NCBI GenBank assembly: GCA_030390025.1
Contig: CM059432.1
Span: 51,276,001 to 51,340,000 of the forward strand
DNA length: 64,000 nt
Source of the DNA: Squalus acanthias
Taxonomy: Eukaryota
Direction of reading: 5' to 3'
Shown here: one piece after another, positions 1 through 13,650 of the stretch
Layout of the letters: every line of letters begins with the position of its first letter
Numbering within the stretch: position 1 is the first letter of the stretch
Notes under the pieces: generated by a model
Told to the model about the DNA's origin: nothing
Database searches by the model: none
The model's input: the letters and a program-made list of their open reading frames with translations, nothing else
Program-made: the position numbers and the translations under genes

Positions 1-77
1 ATTAAATCTCTCAGTTATAAGACACCAAAATATTCTCTAGCCTTGTAGGAAGCATGATTCAACCCCTAAGAAAGATT

Positions 78-1309
78 AGCCCGAATTTTAATCGGGAGGC
101 GGGTTGGGAGCGGCGAAATGGGGGGGCGGGGGGTGGGGGGTGGTGGGTGGTGGCTAGGAAACAGTCAGGAAACCCAGGAGAATGGGTTTCCAGCGGGCCC
201 TGCCGAATTTAACGGCAGGTACTGATTTGCATTTGAAACCTCTGTTTCTCACCAGCGGCCAGCCAGGTGGAGAGGCTGGCTGGCTGCGGGCTGGTAGGCC
301 TGCGTCACTAGGCCGCAGAGAGGAGAGCGGAAGGGATCGGGTGAGGGCCAGGGGGCCATGTTCCTGTTAGTTTTTTTTGGGTGCGCAGCCACTTTTAGGG
401 GCTGCACGGCCCATTTAAAATACCGCTCATGCGCGTTTTTTCCTATTAAAAAGCCGCGAGCCACCTGCGCGGGAGGTCCATTGCCGGGGTGGGGGGGGGG
501 TGTGGTCGGGGGCCGGACTCAAGCATCAGGGGGGCGGGTAGGGAGAGAACATTGAGGGCCAGAGAAGGATCTGTGGGGAGGAAGAGAACATCGGGGGCTG
601 GAGGAGGATTGGGGGAGAGGAGAGAACATCGGGGCTGGCCTGAAGATCATCGGTGAGGGGAGATGGAGGCCGGGAAGGCGATCAAAGGTCTCGTGGCGGG
701 TGCAGGGAGGCCGGGAAGATGAACGGAAGCCTCGGTGGGGGGATGGGAGGCCAGGGGGTGGAATCGGAGGCCTTGGATGGGGTAATCAGAGGCGTCGCGG
801 GGGGGGGGAATCAGAGGTCTATGGGGAATTGGAGGCCTTGTGGGGGGTATTGGAGGCCTTGTGGGGGGGACCAGAGGCCTCATGGGGGGTATCGGAGGCC
901 TTGTGGAGGGGATCGGAAGCCTCGTGAGGGGTCTCCGATCGCGGGGGGTGGTGGGTTAGGTAGTGATGCTGGGTCCAGGAGGTAAGTGTAAAGGCATTAA
1001 CTTCTGGATCCAGCAGTCCTCGCCTTCCATTAGCTGTCGGGTTTCCTGAGGCCTGCAAACCCGACCAGCCACTGTTAAATTTAAAATGGTGGTTAAATCT
1101 GAGTCACACAAGCCTCATTATAATATTTAAATAGATGACCCGCCTCCTGGGAGCACGTTGGCTTCTCCCTCGCCCCTCCCCACCCCAACTTCCGTTAAAA
1201 CTGGAAGTGGGTGGGTTGGAGGCGGGTTTTGGTCAGGATTCAGTTTTTTAACACTTTAACTTCCTACCTGACTTCACCCCACCCATTTTTTGGGGTTAAA
1301 ATTCCCCCC
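78..1309. mobile_element. Non-autonomous PIF/Harbinger-type element (MITE), GC-rich
   Basis: Imperfect TIRs AGCCCGAATTTTAA (78) and TTAAAATTCCCCCC (ends 1309), with ATT on both flanks (75-77, 1310-1312). No convincing ORF. Confidence 0.7.
760..925 (+). repeat. Degenerate ~21-bp tandem repeat (ATCGGAGGCCTTGTGGGGGG-like) inside the MITE
   Basis: Recurrent GGAGGCCTTGTGGGGGG units. These explain the repetitive ORFs at 647-1058. Confidence 0.75.
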
Positions 1310-3534
1310 ATTGTATCAGCTTTCCACTAAGTAGCTGCAATTGCTTCTGATGTGTCATTGAGAACAAGATATTCCTCACATTCCTCTTTGCAAAGTCTGT
1401 GTTATGGTCCTGCATTACAGATTCATTGACCCCTAGAACTAAGATTATACGATATAGACAACAGACAACAACCTGGTCCCAATGTGAATGCTATCTGATG
1501 CAATAATATCAATCATTGATGAAAGTAGGCCTGTAAGGGAAGACAGAATAAATTTGCTATGAATTCTAATGTACAATTTTAAAATCTGAATCTATACAAC
1601 GTACAGAGTGATATAAACAGACTAAAGGTAACTGCAGCATTTGAGTGAATAGTTCTGCAATAATCCACAGGACTCATTTCTCTACAGCACCACAAAGCTG
1701 TGTGGAAATCTGCTACAGCATGACTTGGACACCTCCTTGATTTCTCTAGCTTTGGGCCTGTGATTATATTCCAATCATTTTCTAGTATGAGAACAAGTAT
1801 GTGGAATCAGGACATATCTGAGGTTATGGATGTGTAAATAGGACTGGGGCTTTGATAAGTGGAATAATCATTTTTACCCTCCCACTTCTCTATTATCTGT
1901 GCCATATAATTGCAGCCTCCATCTCTACTGGATGAGCCTTATATCAATCCTACATTACACTTTAGCAAATTCAATTTAGCAGGCCAGGCCAAAACCAATC
2001 TATCCCAGGAGATATACCGTTCCAATTTGTTAATAATCTCTGCGCATCCAGGAATGACAGAATTAAATTCCCCAACTTCTCAGAGGGTGATTTTCGTCTG
2101 TTTCCACCTAAAAATGGGGCAGGACCAAACTCATGTGGGACACAGAACCGCTGACGTACGGTTGGTTATCCGCCTGTTCCGATATTCAGGCAGAACTTGA
2201 TTTAGGCGGCCAGAGCTCCGGCCAAAAACAGCCAGAGACGTTCATATAGCTTGTTTTTAAAACAGGAATTATTCAGCGCAGTGTTAATTACTTTTTATGG
2301 AGTCTATTTCAAATTGATCATTGTTAGGTTTATAATGAGGTCCTTTGGGTGTCCAAGCTCTTTCATTCTTTCTGCAGTGTGAATTGGTGACTGAATTGCA
2401 AATGAATAGGCTATAGCCTGTGGGGATTCCCTGACTATGTCTTCATCAACCATACATACTTAAAACCTAGATAATGTGTGTCTACATCCAATGTAGTGAA
2501 CTCCTCATTACCTCTCCCGCAGACCCAGCAAAAATCCCAGCCTGCCATATAATCAAGTCATTCAGTCACACATTCTGAAGCAATTACTGCTCCGTTTTTT
2601 ATGAATCACTAATTTCCTAGTAAAGTACTTCTCTTACAGATGGACAAAACAGTACAGGGGCGTAAAATGATTAAAGGATTTTCTTTCTACTCCTGAATGA
2701 TGTATTTGAATCCAGCCCAGATTGATAGAGTAAAGCGTAGATTCAACTATCCTATGCTTCCTGCAGAGCGCTGCGCTCGAAGGGCAGAATGGTCGGAGAT
2801 AGGACAACACTGAAGTCCCAATTCTCTGAACTGCATTCCCCTTCAAGCATAGCTCTCTGCCAGGAATGGTGGAAATCTGTGAATTTACCCATGGGAGTCT
2901 TCTCTCTTGGGCAGCTGTAAGTGAAATTAGTTCAGGCAGTCTCTGCACAGTTCCTAGTGAACACAAGTCCACAGCACAAAACTACACATAATTCAACATT
3001 ATCAAATTCCCTTTAGAGTGCTTCAGTCAGTACTGTGCGAGGTCCCAGAAGTCAATCATTTTAAGTGTGAAGAAATTAATACTTTAGTTTGTGGTTTTAT
3101 TAGCTTATAATCATGTTTCCTGAGCGGCTTTACATGAAATGCCTCTCCATATTATTGCGGACTCCTTTCATTATTTAAAAAATGGACAATGTCCCGCGGG
3201 TGATTTTAGCCCTACATGCCTAGCAGGTAGGCAGTTAAAATGTCCTGAGTTACTTACCCACCTGGAGCTGCCAGGAGCCCACAATTTTAACCTGCTCTCC
3301 TGAGGAAGAGGAAAAGACATTTGCCCAAAGCTGGAGGGGTCCTTCTTTACATATGCATGTCGGGTTCCGTCAGGCCAACACAGAACAGAAGGTTCAGGTT
3401 CAATGCCATCCAGACATTGTCATAACCAGACCCTGCATTCCTTATGATCAGAGAGTACCTTTAACATCCAATATCAGGTTATACAAAAGCATGATCTGGG
3501 TGTCATAGCAATAAGACCCCTCGTTCTGTAAACA

Positions 3535-4450
3535 GCATAGAAGGAGGCAATTTGGCTCATCGAGTGTGTACTGATATTTTACTAGATCGATTCAAAATGA
3601 ATCCCACTGATCACTTTTGATCATCCTATATATTCCTTTGCTTCAAATATTTATCCAATTTTCTCTTAAAAGATGAAATTGCCTCTGCCCCACTCACTAA
3701 CTTTAGCAAAGCATCCATGTTCCAAATATTTATGTAAAATAAGATCTCCTAACATCACTCCTCATTTTCTTAGTGATAATTTTAAATTGATAACTTCTCA
3801 TTACTGACTGCATAACCAGAAGAAATAGTGTCTCCTTATTCACTCTATAAAAACACTTCATAATTTTAAAAACATCTGCTAAATTTCCTCTTGGCCTTCT
3901 CTGCTCGAATGGAAATAGTCACAGTATCTCAAGCATCTTCTTATAACTATAGTATCCTATGTCTGGTGTCATCCTATAATCTATTTTCTCTATGATTTTA
4001 ATGTCCTTTCTATAATGGGGTGCCCAAAACTGCACACAGTACTCGAACTGTGAACTAATTAATGTTTCATACAAATTCATCATTACTTCTTTACCCTTGC
4101 ACTCTATGCGCCTATTTGTAAAATCCAAAATGCTGTTGAACATTTTTATGGCGTTATCTATCTGCATTCGAACTTTCATGGTAATATGTATTTAATCCCC
4201 AGGTCTCTCTGCTGATTCATACTCATTGGGTATCGACTCCCATTCATTATTTTTTGTCCTAAAATGTATTACCTCCCACTTATCCACATTGTATTTTTCA
4301 ACTGATTACCTGTCTGCGTCATCAGTAGATTTTGTGATTGCGTTTTCTATAACCAAATTGAAATCAGCTATACATATCAGAGAACAAAAGTGCACTGACC
4401 CCGAGGGTACATCAATTCTAACCTTCTCCAATCTAAGCAGCACTCATTTA
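3535..4450 (-). mobile_element. Old CR1 LINE 3' fragment
   Basis: ORF 3919-4179 carries the CR1 ORF2 C-terminal motif LYETLISSQFEYCVQFWAPHYRKDI. CR1-like 3' UTR at about 3535. Confidence 0.75.
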
Positions 4451-4692
4451 TCCTAACTCTTTGGCCCGGAATTTGTGGTCAGTGGCAAAGCGATGGCAAT
4501 CACCTCTAACCTCGAAGAAAGGGGTCCACAAAGATCTTGCAATCTCTGTGGCGAAAACTTGAGCTTTCTCAACATTACATATCTTGTAGCGCTGTCAAAA
4601 GGGGCTCCCCAGCCTACAGCAGCAGTGATGTCATCAAGCTGTCTAAGCAGACAATCACATTGAAGAATTCTCACAGACAGCAAACAAGGAAA

Positions 4693-5757
4693 TAAAAAGG
4701 CAAAATACTGCGGATGCTGGAAATCTGAAATAAAAACAGAAAATACTGGAAATACTCAGCAGGTCAGGCAGCATCTGTGGAGAGAGAAACAGAGTTAATG
4801 TTTCAGGTCGATGACCTTTCATCAGAAATGGAAAAAGTTAGAGATGTAACAGATTTTAAGCAAGTGCAGGGGCAGGGAAAGGTGGGGGGAGGAAAGAACA
4901 AAAGGGAAGGTCTGGATTGGATGGAAGGCAGGAGAGATTAAAAGACAAAAGGGGTGATGGTGCAAGGCAAAAGGAGATGGTAACGGGACAAGTAAAGAAA
5001 CAAAAGATGACTCTAGAAGAGGTGTAAATGGGAACAGCAGAATTATCAACAGCTGCCATGTGAAAAAATAGGGGCAGAGGTTATGGTCTGAAATTGTTGA
5101 ACTCAATGTTGAGTCCAGAAGGCTGCAAAGTGCCTAATCAAAAGATGAGGTGCTGTTCCTCGAGCTTACGTTGGGCTTCGTTGGAACAGTGTAAGAGGCC
5201 GAGGATGGAGAGGTCAGAGAGGGAGTGGAGCGGAGAATTAAAGTGACAGGCGACCGGAAGCTCGGGGTCACGCTTACGGACTGAATGGAGGTGTTCCGCA
5301 AAACGGTCACTCAATCTGTGTTTGGTCTCCCCAATGTAGAGGAGACTGCATCGTGAGCAGTAAGTACAGTATACTAAATTGCAAGAAGTACAAGTAAATC
5401 GCTGTTTAACCTGGAAGGAGTGTTTGGGGCCTTGGACAGTGGGAAGGGAGGAGGTGAAAGGGCAGGTGTTGCATCTCCTGTGCTTGCATGGGAAGGTGCT
5501 GTGAGAAGGGGAGGGGGTGTTGGGGGTTATTGAGGAGTGGACCAGGGTGTTGCGGAGGGAGCGGTCCCTTCGGAATGCTGAAAGTGGAGGGGAGGGGAAG
5601 ATGTGTTTGGTGGTGGGATCACGCTGGAGGTGGCGGAAATGGCGGAGAATGATACGTTGAATGTGAAGGCTGGTGGGGTGAAAGGTGAGGACAAGGGGAA
5701 CCCGATCGTGGTTCTGGGAGGGAGGGGAAGGGGTGAGAGGAGAAGTGTGGGAAATAA
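4693..5757 (-). mobile_element. Penelope-like retroelement 3' portion (GIY-YIG endonuclease end plus 3' repeat)
   Basis: The minus strand at 5311-5380 translates NLVYCTYCSRCSLLYIGETKHRL (GIY-YIG type). Same family as 49932-50690. Confidence 0.8.
4793..4829 (-). ncRNA. Minimal type I hammerhead ribozyme motif in the Penelope 3' repeat
   Basis: Minus strand reads attt-CTGATGA-a-AGGTC-atc-GACCT-GAAA-catt-aact: core boxes plus stem II. Confidence 0.65.
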
Positions 5758-5774
5758 AGCAGAAACGTAGTATC

Positions 5775-7673
5775 CTTCACAACAGGGGAGAGAGCGTGCG
5801 CAAAGGTTCTCAAGGAGGTCAACACGAGGGGAGAGGTCCTGTTTCCACAGGGGGCCAGGAGGCCCTCCAGGCAAATGTGTAAAATCCAATGGAAGCTGAT
5901 AGCCGCTGTGGTGAATGCCAGCAGTATAGCCCTGAGGACCTGGATACAGTACAGGAAGAAGTTTAATGACCTCACACGAGTGGGCAAGTTCAGTGAATTC
6001 ATCTTCAAATTCCATATCCCACCATCTGTACCACTAGCGTCATACACTGCTCAATGCACCACACCCCCATCACTCACTGACCAACAATCTCTAGCAATCA
6101 CCACTCATACCTCACAATCGTAGCTTCATTTCACCCTCACACACTTAACACTGCTGCAACACACACACCCACATCTCACAGCTTGCACCATGGCAGGCAC
6201 ATCACCCAAACACATTGCACCACACTCACTGATACACTTCCCTTTCTCTTGCAGGAAAAGGTGGTGCATGAGACTGTCCCCCACCAGCAGAACCTAACCA
6301 GCGGGGAACAGGCTCACCTGTATCACCTCACCCATGGAGGAGATGGTGCTGGCCATTATTGGGAGGGGCATCGCTGAGCCTGTGGCAGGGCTGTAAGAAT
6401 ACAAGATGCCGGGTATCCTCATACGTAATTCTACTTCTCACATCCCAATTTCCCCTCATCCCACAATCTCTTCTGATTTACAAGCTGCACATGGTGTAAG
6501 CATGCACCTCTTGCTTTCCCCCTCTCCCTTCACCACAATCTTACCCTTGTGTCTTTCTCCTTTCAGATAGCCAAGAACTGACACCTGGCCAGGCACGGAT
6601 AGAAGAGCACGAAATAGAAGAACACCAAGGCAATTATGATGAAGGCACAGCACCCTCACTCGATTTCACACTCGCAGCCACCAGCTCAGATACTGACACT
6701 CCGTGTAGTTTACAGGATAGGTTAGAGGTGAGTCTGCATGTGGTGAGACACCGGTCATGAGTGGCCTGCAGGCAGGGCAGGTGGAAAGAGTAATGCATGT
6801 ACCAGCTCCCTGGAGGGCACGGTCGCAGACAAATTCTGCTGCAGAGGACTCAGGTGAGGACTTCAATGGGGCAGCCTACAGAAGAACGCTGATGGGTATG
6901 CACACAGAAATGCTTGGTGCATTGGCAGGCCTGCCAGAAAGCCTGAGTGCAATGTCAAGGAGCATGGAGGAGTCCGGCACCAACCTTGCACAGGGCTTTG
7001 CGCAGAGCTTGGAGCCCATGATTTCCAGGATGGAAGTGAGGGGCAACTGCATTAACGCACTTGTGAAACCAACCATGATGCAGCGACTGATGGCCAATGT
7101 CTCAGCTTCCATTGTAGTACAAGCAGAAACCAACCAATGTCTGAGTGCTGCAGTGGAAGCTCAAACTTCTGTGATGCAAACTCAGACTGCTCTCATGCAG
7201 GCTCAGCTTGCTGCGTTTACCAGTGTGGAAATGGGTTTGCAGGGTGTCACAGCAGTCCAGCAATCTGTCCTCCAACAGATGGCTAGGAAAGCAGAGGCGC
7301 CACCCCAGGGGAGTGGCAGTGGCTTCGTGGAGCAAGAACCTGCTGTCCTCTCTCAAGATGACAGTATTCGTCGTCCCACCACTGCCACTCCAGCAGTGCC
7401 CTTGCTGTTGCCTGTCAGCCAGTCAGCCCAGACTGTTGCCGCCCATACCAAAGGTGGTGCAATCCACAGCCAGGGATTCTAGGCCTAGAATTGCTTGAGG
7501 TCGTCCTGCAAGGCCATCTGCAGTCTCCCTCACTGAAAGTCAGCAGCCTTCCACCAGCCATTCTGCCTTCAACCAGCCATTCTGCAGCCACTGGGGTAGT
7601 ATTGCTTAGGAGCACTAGGGCAGTCAAAGACACACTGAAGACAGGCACTGAGGGAATGCACAAGTGTGATTAG
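5775..7673 (+). pseudogene. Harbinger Myb/SANT-like DNA-binding gene remnant (three exons)
   Basis: WKLIAAVVNASSIALRTWIQYRKKFNDLTRV motif. Acceptors ttgcag (6254) and tttcag (6566). Exon 3 ORF 6757-7482 is homologous to copies 2-4. Frameshifts present. Confidence 0.75.
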
Positions 7674-7842
7674 TTGACTTTGTTATGTAATATTGAATGG
7701 ATTGATGGATAAAGTTGGATTGGAATGTTTCTTTTGTGGTGGCTTTTATTGTAGCATTGTGGCCAAGAGGACGCTGTGATGGTCAGTAACAGAGGGAAGG
7801 GAAGGTGTGGGACTATTGTTGAATGGGGAATTGAGGTTGCAT

Positions 7843-9039
7843 TCATTGGTACCGCAGTCAGATGAGTTGATCACAGACACCCCGGGCAGAAAGGGCTGTC
7901 TATGTTGCCTCCTCCATTCAACTTCCTCCTTCTCTGCATTCTCCTCCTCCTCTTCCTCCTCCACCTCCTCTTCCGCTGCCTCTTCCTTCTCTTCCTCTTC
8001 CTACTCCTCTTCTTCCTTCTCAGCTGGACACCCTACGCCTGGTGGCTGTGCACTCATGATGGCGAGATTGTAGAGCAGACCATGACGACTCTTGAGATAC
8101 GCTCTGGTGAGTACTGCAGGGCTCCTCCAGAGCGGTCCAGGCAGCGGAAGCATTATTTAAGCATGCCAATGGTCTGCTCTATCAGATTCCATGTGGCGGC
8201 ATGGCTTTTGTTATATGTATGCTGCCCATGTGTGTGTGGGTTGTGCAGCGGAATCATGAGTCAGCTGGTCAGCGGATAGCTCTGGTCGCCCAGTAGCCAC
8301 CCTTTGGTTTATTGTGGAGGCTTAAAGACTAAGGGAACAGCGGACTGGCGCAGAATAAAAGCATAATGACTGCTGCCAGGATACCGCGTATTCACCATCA
8401 TGATATGCTGAGCATGATCGCACACCAACTGCACATTCAGCGAGTGGTAACCTTTGCGGTTGTGGTACATCTCAGCATTTAGATGCGGCGCCCACAAAGC
8501 GCCGTGTGTGCAGTCAATGACACCCTGCACCATGGGGAAGCCCACTATCCTGGCAAAGCCATGTGCACGCTCCGCCTACTTCTCGCTGGTCAGAGAGAAG
8601 ACAATGAACTCCCCTCTCCTGGCATAAAGAGCGTCTGTCACCTCATGCAGCAGTGGACTGCAAACTGGGAGGTGTTACCGATGTCGCCTGCTCCAGCCTG
8701 GAAAGATCCCGACGCAAAGAAATTCAGTGCCATGGTCACCTTCACAGCCACTGGCAGCGCTGTCTTGCCCTGGTGTGAGACTGCAGGTCTGGTTGCAAGA
8801 GGTGGCAGAGTTCTGTTAACACCTCCTTCGTAAAGCGCAGACATTTCACACTACTCCTGACTCAGGCTGAGATAAGAGAATTGCTCTTGGAAGACCCTAG
8901 GTGGGCAAGGCCTCCTACTGAGAGCACTTCTCCCCCTTCTTCTTCTTCCTCTGCGAGCAGCTTGTCCTCTTCTTCGCTGCCTCTGCTTCATCTCCCTGTC
9001 ATGCTGCAGGCCGAGGGGGATGACAACTAGAGCACCCAT
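7843..9039 (-). pseudogene. Harbinger DDE transposase (HARBI1-like family), frameshifted
   Basis: Motifs GFPMVQGVIDCTH, NRKGYHSLNVQLVCD, YPGSSH and ALNFFASGSFQ across ORFs 8309-9051. Acidic poly-E tail at about 7925-8020. Confidence 0.85.
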
Positions 9040-9899
9040 GACTGGGAGCAAGTGATCTGACCAGAACCCTTGAAGTTAGAACCAAGGTCTTCTCCACTTG
9101 CAGCACCACTCCCTGTCACTTCACCGACTTTAAACAACTCTAGAAAGCTCCAAACACTTCCACAAATTTACATAGAGCCAGTAGAAATTAATCAGCAACT
9201 AACCCTAGAGTGGTTGCTGATCTCTTTAAATATCGCTGGTGGGGGGTTCTTGCTGCTGCTGAACGTGTGTTCAGCTGTGTGAGGTTAAGACAGGGCGTTA
9301 GCTCCAGCTTTAAGGATGAAAATGGCAGCGCTGATGTCAAATCAGCATTGCACGCTGCTTGATGTCACAATCTGCCCACTCAACATACTTCCGGCACACG
9401 CTCCTAATGCTCGCCCTACTGCCCTCATCAAGATGGCGTTTGGCGTGGCACACACCAGAATTATGCGCGCACGGCTCGGACGTCATTTTCGTCACAAAAC
9501 GGCACCTGTAGCACCGAAAAGTCAGGCGCTACGGAGCCAAATTTCTAGATGCAGCTGACTGTTGAGCACCTTCAGGCAAGTTCAAATTGTGGCAATCAGC
9601 AATTAGAACCAAAATTGTCTGCTCGATCCAGACATTCAAACAAGCTAGACTTATTAGTACTTCACCCATTTAGCACCTGTTTTCACCCTTTGGCCAAAAT
9701 AACCCCGTTAGTCTTTTTAAATCTCTGCGCGGTATTAGTAATAAATGTGTTAACACCTTTGTATGAATTTATTTGTCCTGAGTATATTAATGTCTTTGTT
9801 AAATTAATGGAGAAATGACTTATATCAAAATGGAATAACATGTTTGTTACTAATATTTCACAGTGTAATTTCAACGCATTTGAATTTTATTTGTGTTCC

Positions 9900-10460
9900 T
9901 TCAAACATTCTATTTCCACTCCTTGCGATACCATCACTAACGTTATTTATAAATGTTGTGAACCAAAATGATTGCACATTGGGCTACTTCACTGGTCAGA
10001 GTTGTCCAAAGAGAGCAACTGCCATTGATCATTACCCTTTTAGTGCTGATAAATTAATTTGTTAATTTTCTACTTTTTATGCCAAGAGCTTTTACTTTAT
10101 CAAAGATTATCTTCTAGGACCTGACCATTAACTACCTTCTAACAATACAATATAGAATATTCCTCACACCACCCTCATCCACCAATTATGTTACATCCTT
10201 AAAGACTCCAATAAATTAGTAGGTGAAGCTTGCCTTTAGTAAACCCAAATTGACCGCTAATTATTGCCTTCAATCTCATTAAAAACACAAATTTCATTCT
10301 TTATAATATGTTCCATAATTTTTCCAACTAAAAATGTGAAACTAATGGGTCTATAATTCCCAGGATCATGTTTCTGACCTTTTCAAAACTGGAACCGCCT
10401 TAGCTATTTCTCAGCGTTTGGCTACCAGCCTTGCATTCAGTGAGCTGTAAAATATTTCTG
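9900..10460 (-). mobile_element. Highly decayed CR1-like LINE fragment
   Basis: Remnant of the RT-region motif (minus strand ...AATTATAGACCCATTAGTTTCACA, NYRPIS-like). Confidence 0.45.
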
Positions 10461-10469
10461 CCATAATTT

Positions 10470-12997
10470 ATTTTTTATTCATTCATGGGATGTGGGCGTC
10501 GATGACAAGGCAGGCATTTATTGCCCATCTCTAATTGCCCTTGAGAAGGTGGTGGTGAGCCGCCTACTTGAACCGCTGCAGTCCGTGCGGTACTCCCACT
10601 GTTAAGGAGGGAGTTCCAGGATTTTGACCCAGTGATGATGAAGGATCGGCAATATACTTCCAAGTCAGGATGGTGTGTGACTTGGAGGGGAACTTGGAGG
10701 TGGTGGTGTTCCCATGCGCCTGCTGCCCTTGTCTAGGAGGTAGAGGTTGCGAGATTGGGAGGTGCTGCCAAAGAAGCCTTGACGAGTTGCTGCAGTGCAT
10801 CTTGTAGATGGTATACACTGCAGCCACGGTACACCGGTGATGGAGGGAGTGAATGTTTAAGGTGGTGGATGGGGTGCCAATCAAGTAGGCTGCTTTGTCC
10901 TGGATGGTGTCGAGCTTCTTGAGTGTTGTTGGAGTTGCACTCACCCAGGCAAGTGGAAAGTATTCCATCACACTCCTTACTTGTGCCTTGCAGATGGTGG
11001 AAAGGCTTTGGGGAGTCAGGAGGTGCGACACTCGCAGCAGAATACCTAGCCTCTGACCTGCTCTTGTTACCACAGTATTTATGTGGCTGGTCCAGTTAAA
11101 TTTCTGGTCAATGGTGACCCCCAGGATGTTGATGGTGGGGGATTCGGCGATGGTAATGCCGTGGAATGTCAAGGGGAGGTGGTTAGACTCTCACTTGTTG
11201 GAGATAGTCATTGCCTGGCACTTGTGTGGCGCGAATGTTACCTGCCACTTATCAGCCCAAGCCTGAATGTTGTGCAGGTCTTGTTGCATGTGGACATGGA
11301 CTGCTTCATTATCTGAGGAGTTGTGAATGGCACTGAACACTGTGCAGTCATCAGTGAACATCCCCATTTCTGACCTTATGTTGGAGGGAAGGTCATTGAT
11401 GAAGCAGCTGAAGATGGTTGGGCCTAGGACACTGCCCTGAGGAACTCCTGCAGTGATGTCCTGGGGCTGTGAAGATTGACCTCCAACCATCTTCCTTTGT
11501 GCTAGGTATGACTCCAACCAGTAGAGAGTTTTCCCCCCGATTCCCATTGACTTCAGTTTTACTAGGGCTCTTTGATGCCACACTTGGTCAAATGCTGCCT
11601 TGATGTCAAGGGCAGTCACTCTCACCTCACCTCTGGAATTCAGCTCCTTTGTCTATGTTTGGACCAAGGCTGTAATGAGGTCTGGAGCCGAGTGGTCCTG
11701 GCAGAACCCAAACTGGGCATCAGTGAGCAGGTTATTGGTGAGTAAGTGTCACTTGATAGCACTGTTGATGACACCTTCCATCAATTTGTTGATGATTGAA
11801 AGTAGACTGATGGGGATTTGTCCTGCTTTTTGTGGACAGGACATACCCGGGCAGTTTTCCACATTGTTGGATAGATGCCAGTGTTGTAGCTGTACTGGAA
11901 CAGCTTGACTAGAGGCGCGGCTAGTGCTGGAGCACAAGTCTTCAGCATGATAGCCGGGATGTTGTCGGAGCCCTTAACCTTTGCTGTATCCAATGCGCTC
12001 AGCCATTTCTTGATATCACGTGGAGTAAATCGAATTGGCTGAAGGCTGGCTTCTGTGATGGTGGGGACCTCAGGAGGAGGCCGATGTGGATCATCCACTC
12101 GGCCCTTCTGGCTGAAGATGGTTGCAAACACTTTAGCCTTGTCTTTTGCACTCAGGTGCTGGGCTCCGCCGTTATTGAGGATGGGGATATTCATGGAGCC
12201 TCCTCCTCCCGTTAGTTGTTTAATGGTCCACCACTATTAACGACTGGATATGGCAGGACTGCAGAGCTTTGATCTGATCCGTTGATTGTGGGATTGCTTA
12301 TCCCTGTCTACAGCATGCTGCTTCCTCTTTTTTAGCATGCATGCAGTCCTGTGCTGCAGCTTCCCCAGGTTGGCGTCTCATTTTTAGGTACGCTTGGTGC
12401 TGCTCCTGGCTTGCTCTTCTACACTCCTTATTGACCAGGGTTGGTCTCCTGGCTTGATGTTAATGGTAGAGTGAGGGATATGCCGGGCCATAATGTTACA
12501 GATTGTGGTGGAATACAATTCTGATGCTGCTGATCGCCCACAGTGCCTCATGGATGCCCAGTTTTTAGCTACTAGATCTGTTCTGAATCTATCCCATTTA
12601 GTAGTGCCACACAATACGATGGAGGGTGTCCTCAGTGTGAAGATGGGACTTTGTTCCACAATGACTATGCGGTGGTCACTGCTACCAATGCTCTCATGGA
12701 CAGATGCATCTGCGACAGGTAGATTGGTGAGGACGAGGTCAAGATGGTTTTTCCCTTGTGTTGGTTCTTTCACCACCTGTTGCAGGCCCAGACTGGCAGC
12801 TATGTCCTTTAGGACTCGGCCAGCTCGGTCAGTAGTGGTGCTACCGAGCCACTCTCAGTGCTTCTTCCAAGTGGTGTTGAACATGGAGGAGTACTGATTC
12901 ATCAGCTGATGGAGGGCGGTAGGTGGTAATCAGCAGGAGGTTTCCTTGCCCATGCTTGACCTGAAGCCATGAGACTTCATGGGGTCCAGAGTCAATA
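10470..12997 (-). mobile_element. CR1-supergroup LINE (Crack/Daphne-like), 5'-truncated ORF2 pseudogene
   Basis: RT motifs ALDIKAAFDQVWH, GVPQGSVLGPTIFSCFINDL and FTDD; endonuclease-end motif LDLVLTN...SDH. 3' tail at about 10470. Confidence 0.85.
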
Positions 12998-13490
12998 TTG
13001 ATTATGGTAATATAATATAAGAGGTTGAAAAGTTAGGCTGTCACTCTCCTTAGATAGACTACAAATGCTTTTATTCTTTAACTTACCTATTTATTCTTCA
13101 TAGTTCGCTGTTCCATGAACAACAATAATTTATTTTTCCAGTTTTTAAAATCTGGTGATCAGAATACTCAATTTGACCCTTTGCTGAAGTAATATGCTGT
13201 TTCTATCCTTATATCTTAGTAAAGATATTGTGCAGAGTTGGACTGTTAAGAGCTGAGTAAAGATTTCCATTGACTTCAATGGAAAAGAAAATCGGATGAA
13301 GTATTTTGCTTTTGTATTAACTCTATCACCAGTTTTGCATTTTCGCCCAAGAAAAATATCACCCCCAAAATACCTTGACCTGTGCCAGCAAAGTAGTTGA
13401 GCAATAGTTTTTATTTTCTGCTGATGGTTTGGCATATTTTCATCCATGTTTTATGAAGAACAAATCAATAACTTGTAGCACTTAGATTTT

Positions 13491-13650
13491 AACGTTTCAG
13501 GTCGATGATCTTTCATCAGGAAATGTCATCGACCTGAAACGCTAACTCTGTTTCTCTCTCCACAGATGCTGCCTGACCTGCTGAGTACTTCCAGCATTTT
13601 CTATTTTTATTTCAGATTTCCAGCATCTGCCGTATTTTGCTTTTGTGTTG
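13491..13650 (+). mobile_element. Short Penelope 3'-end insertion with an inverted 5' segment and an 18-bp target duplication
   Basis: TTGTAGCACTTAGATTTT at both 13473-13490 and 13651-13668. The internal sequence matches the Penelope end at about 4700-4830 in both orientations. Confidence 0.8.

Larger units (their letters stand above)
4463..9547. mobile_element. PIF/Harbinger transposon copy 1 (decayed; interrupted by a Penelope element)
   Basis: Left end GGCCCGGAATTTG and right end CAAATTTCTAG. Convergent Myb-like (+) and DDE transposase (-) remnants. Confidence 0.8.

Noticed and set aside
182..1058. Cluster of Gly/Pro/Arg-rich ORFs
   Set aside because: By-products of a GC-rich MITE and its tandem repeat.
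2767..2916. Possible 150-nt host exon (cttcctgcag...gtaagt, open in one frame)
   Set aside because: The peptide is not recognisable and no partner exons were found. RNA-seq would be needed.
7746..8279. Poly-Ser, poly-Leu and poly-Glu ORFs as separate proteins (also 20989-21267 and 32254-32773)
   Set aside because: These are alternative frames or the antisense of the transposase poly-Glu microsatellite.
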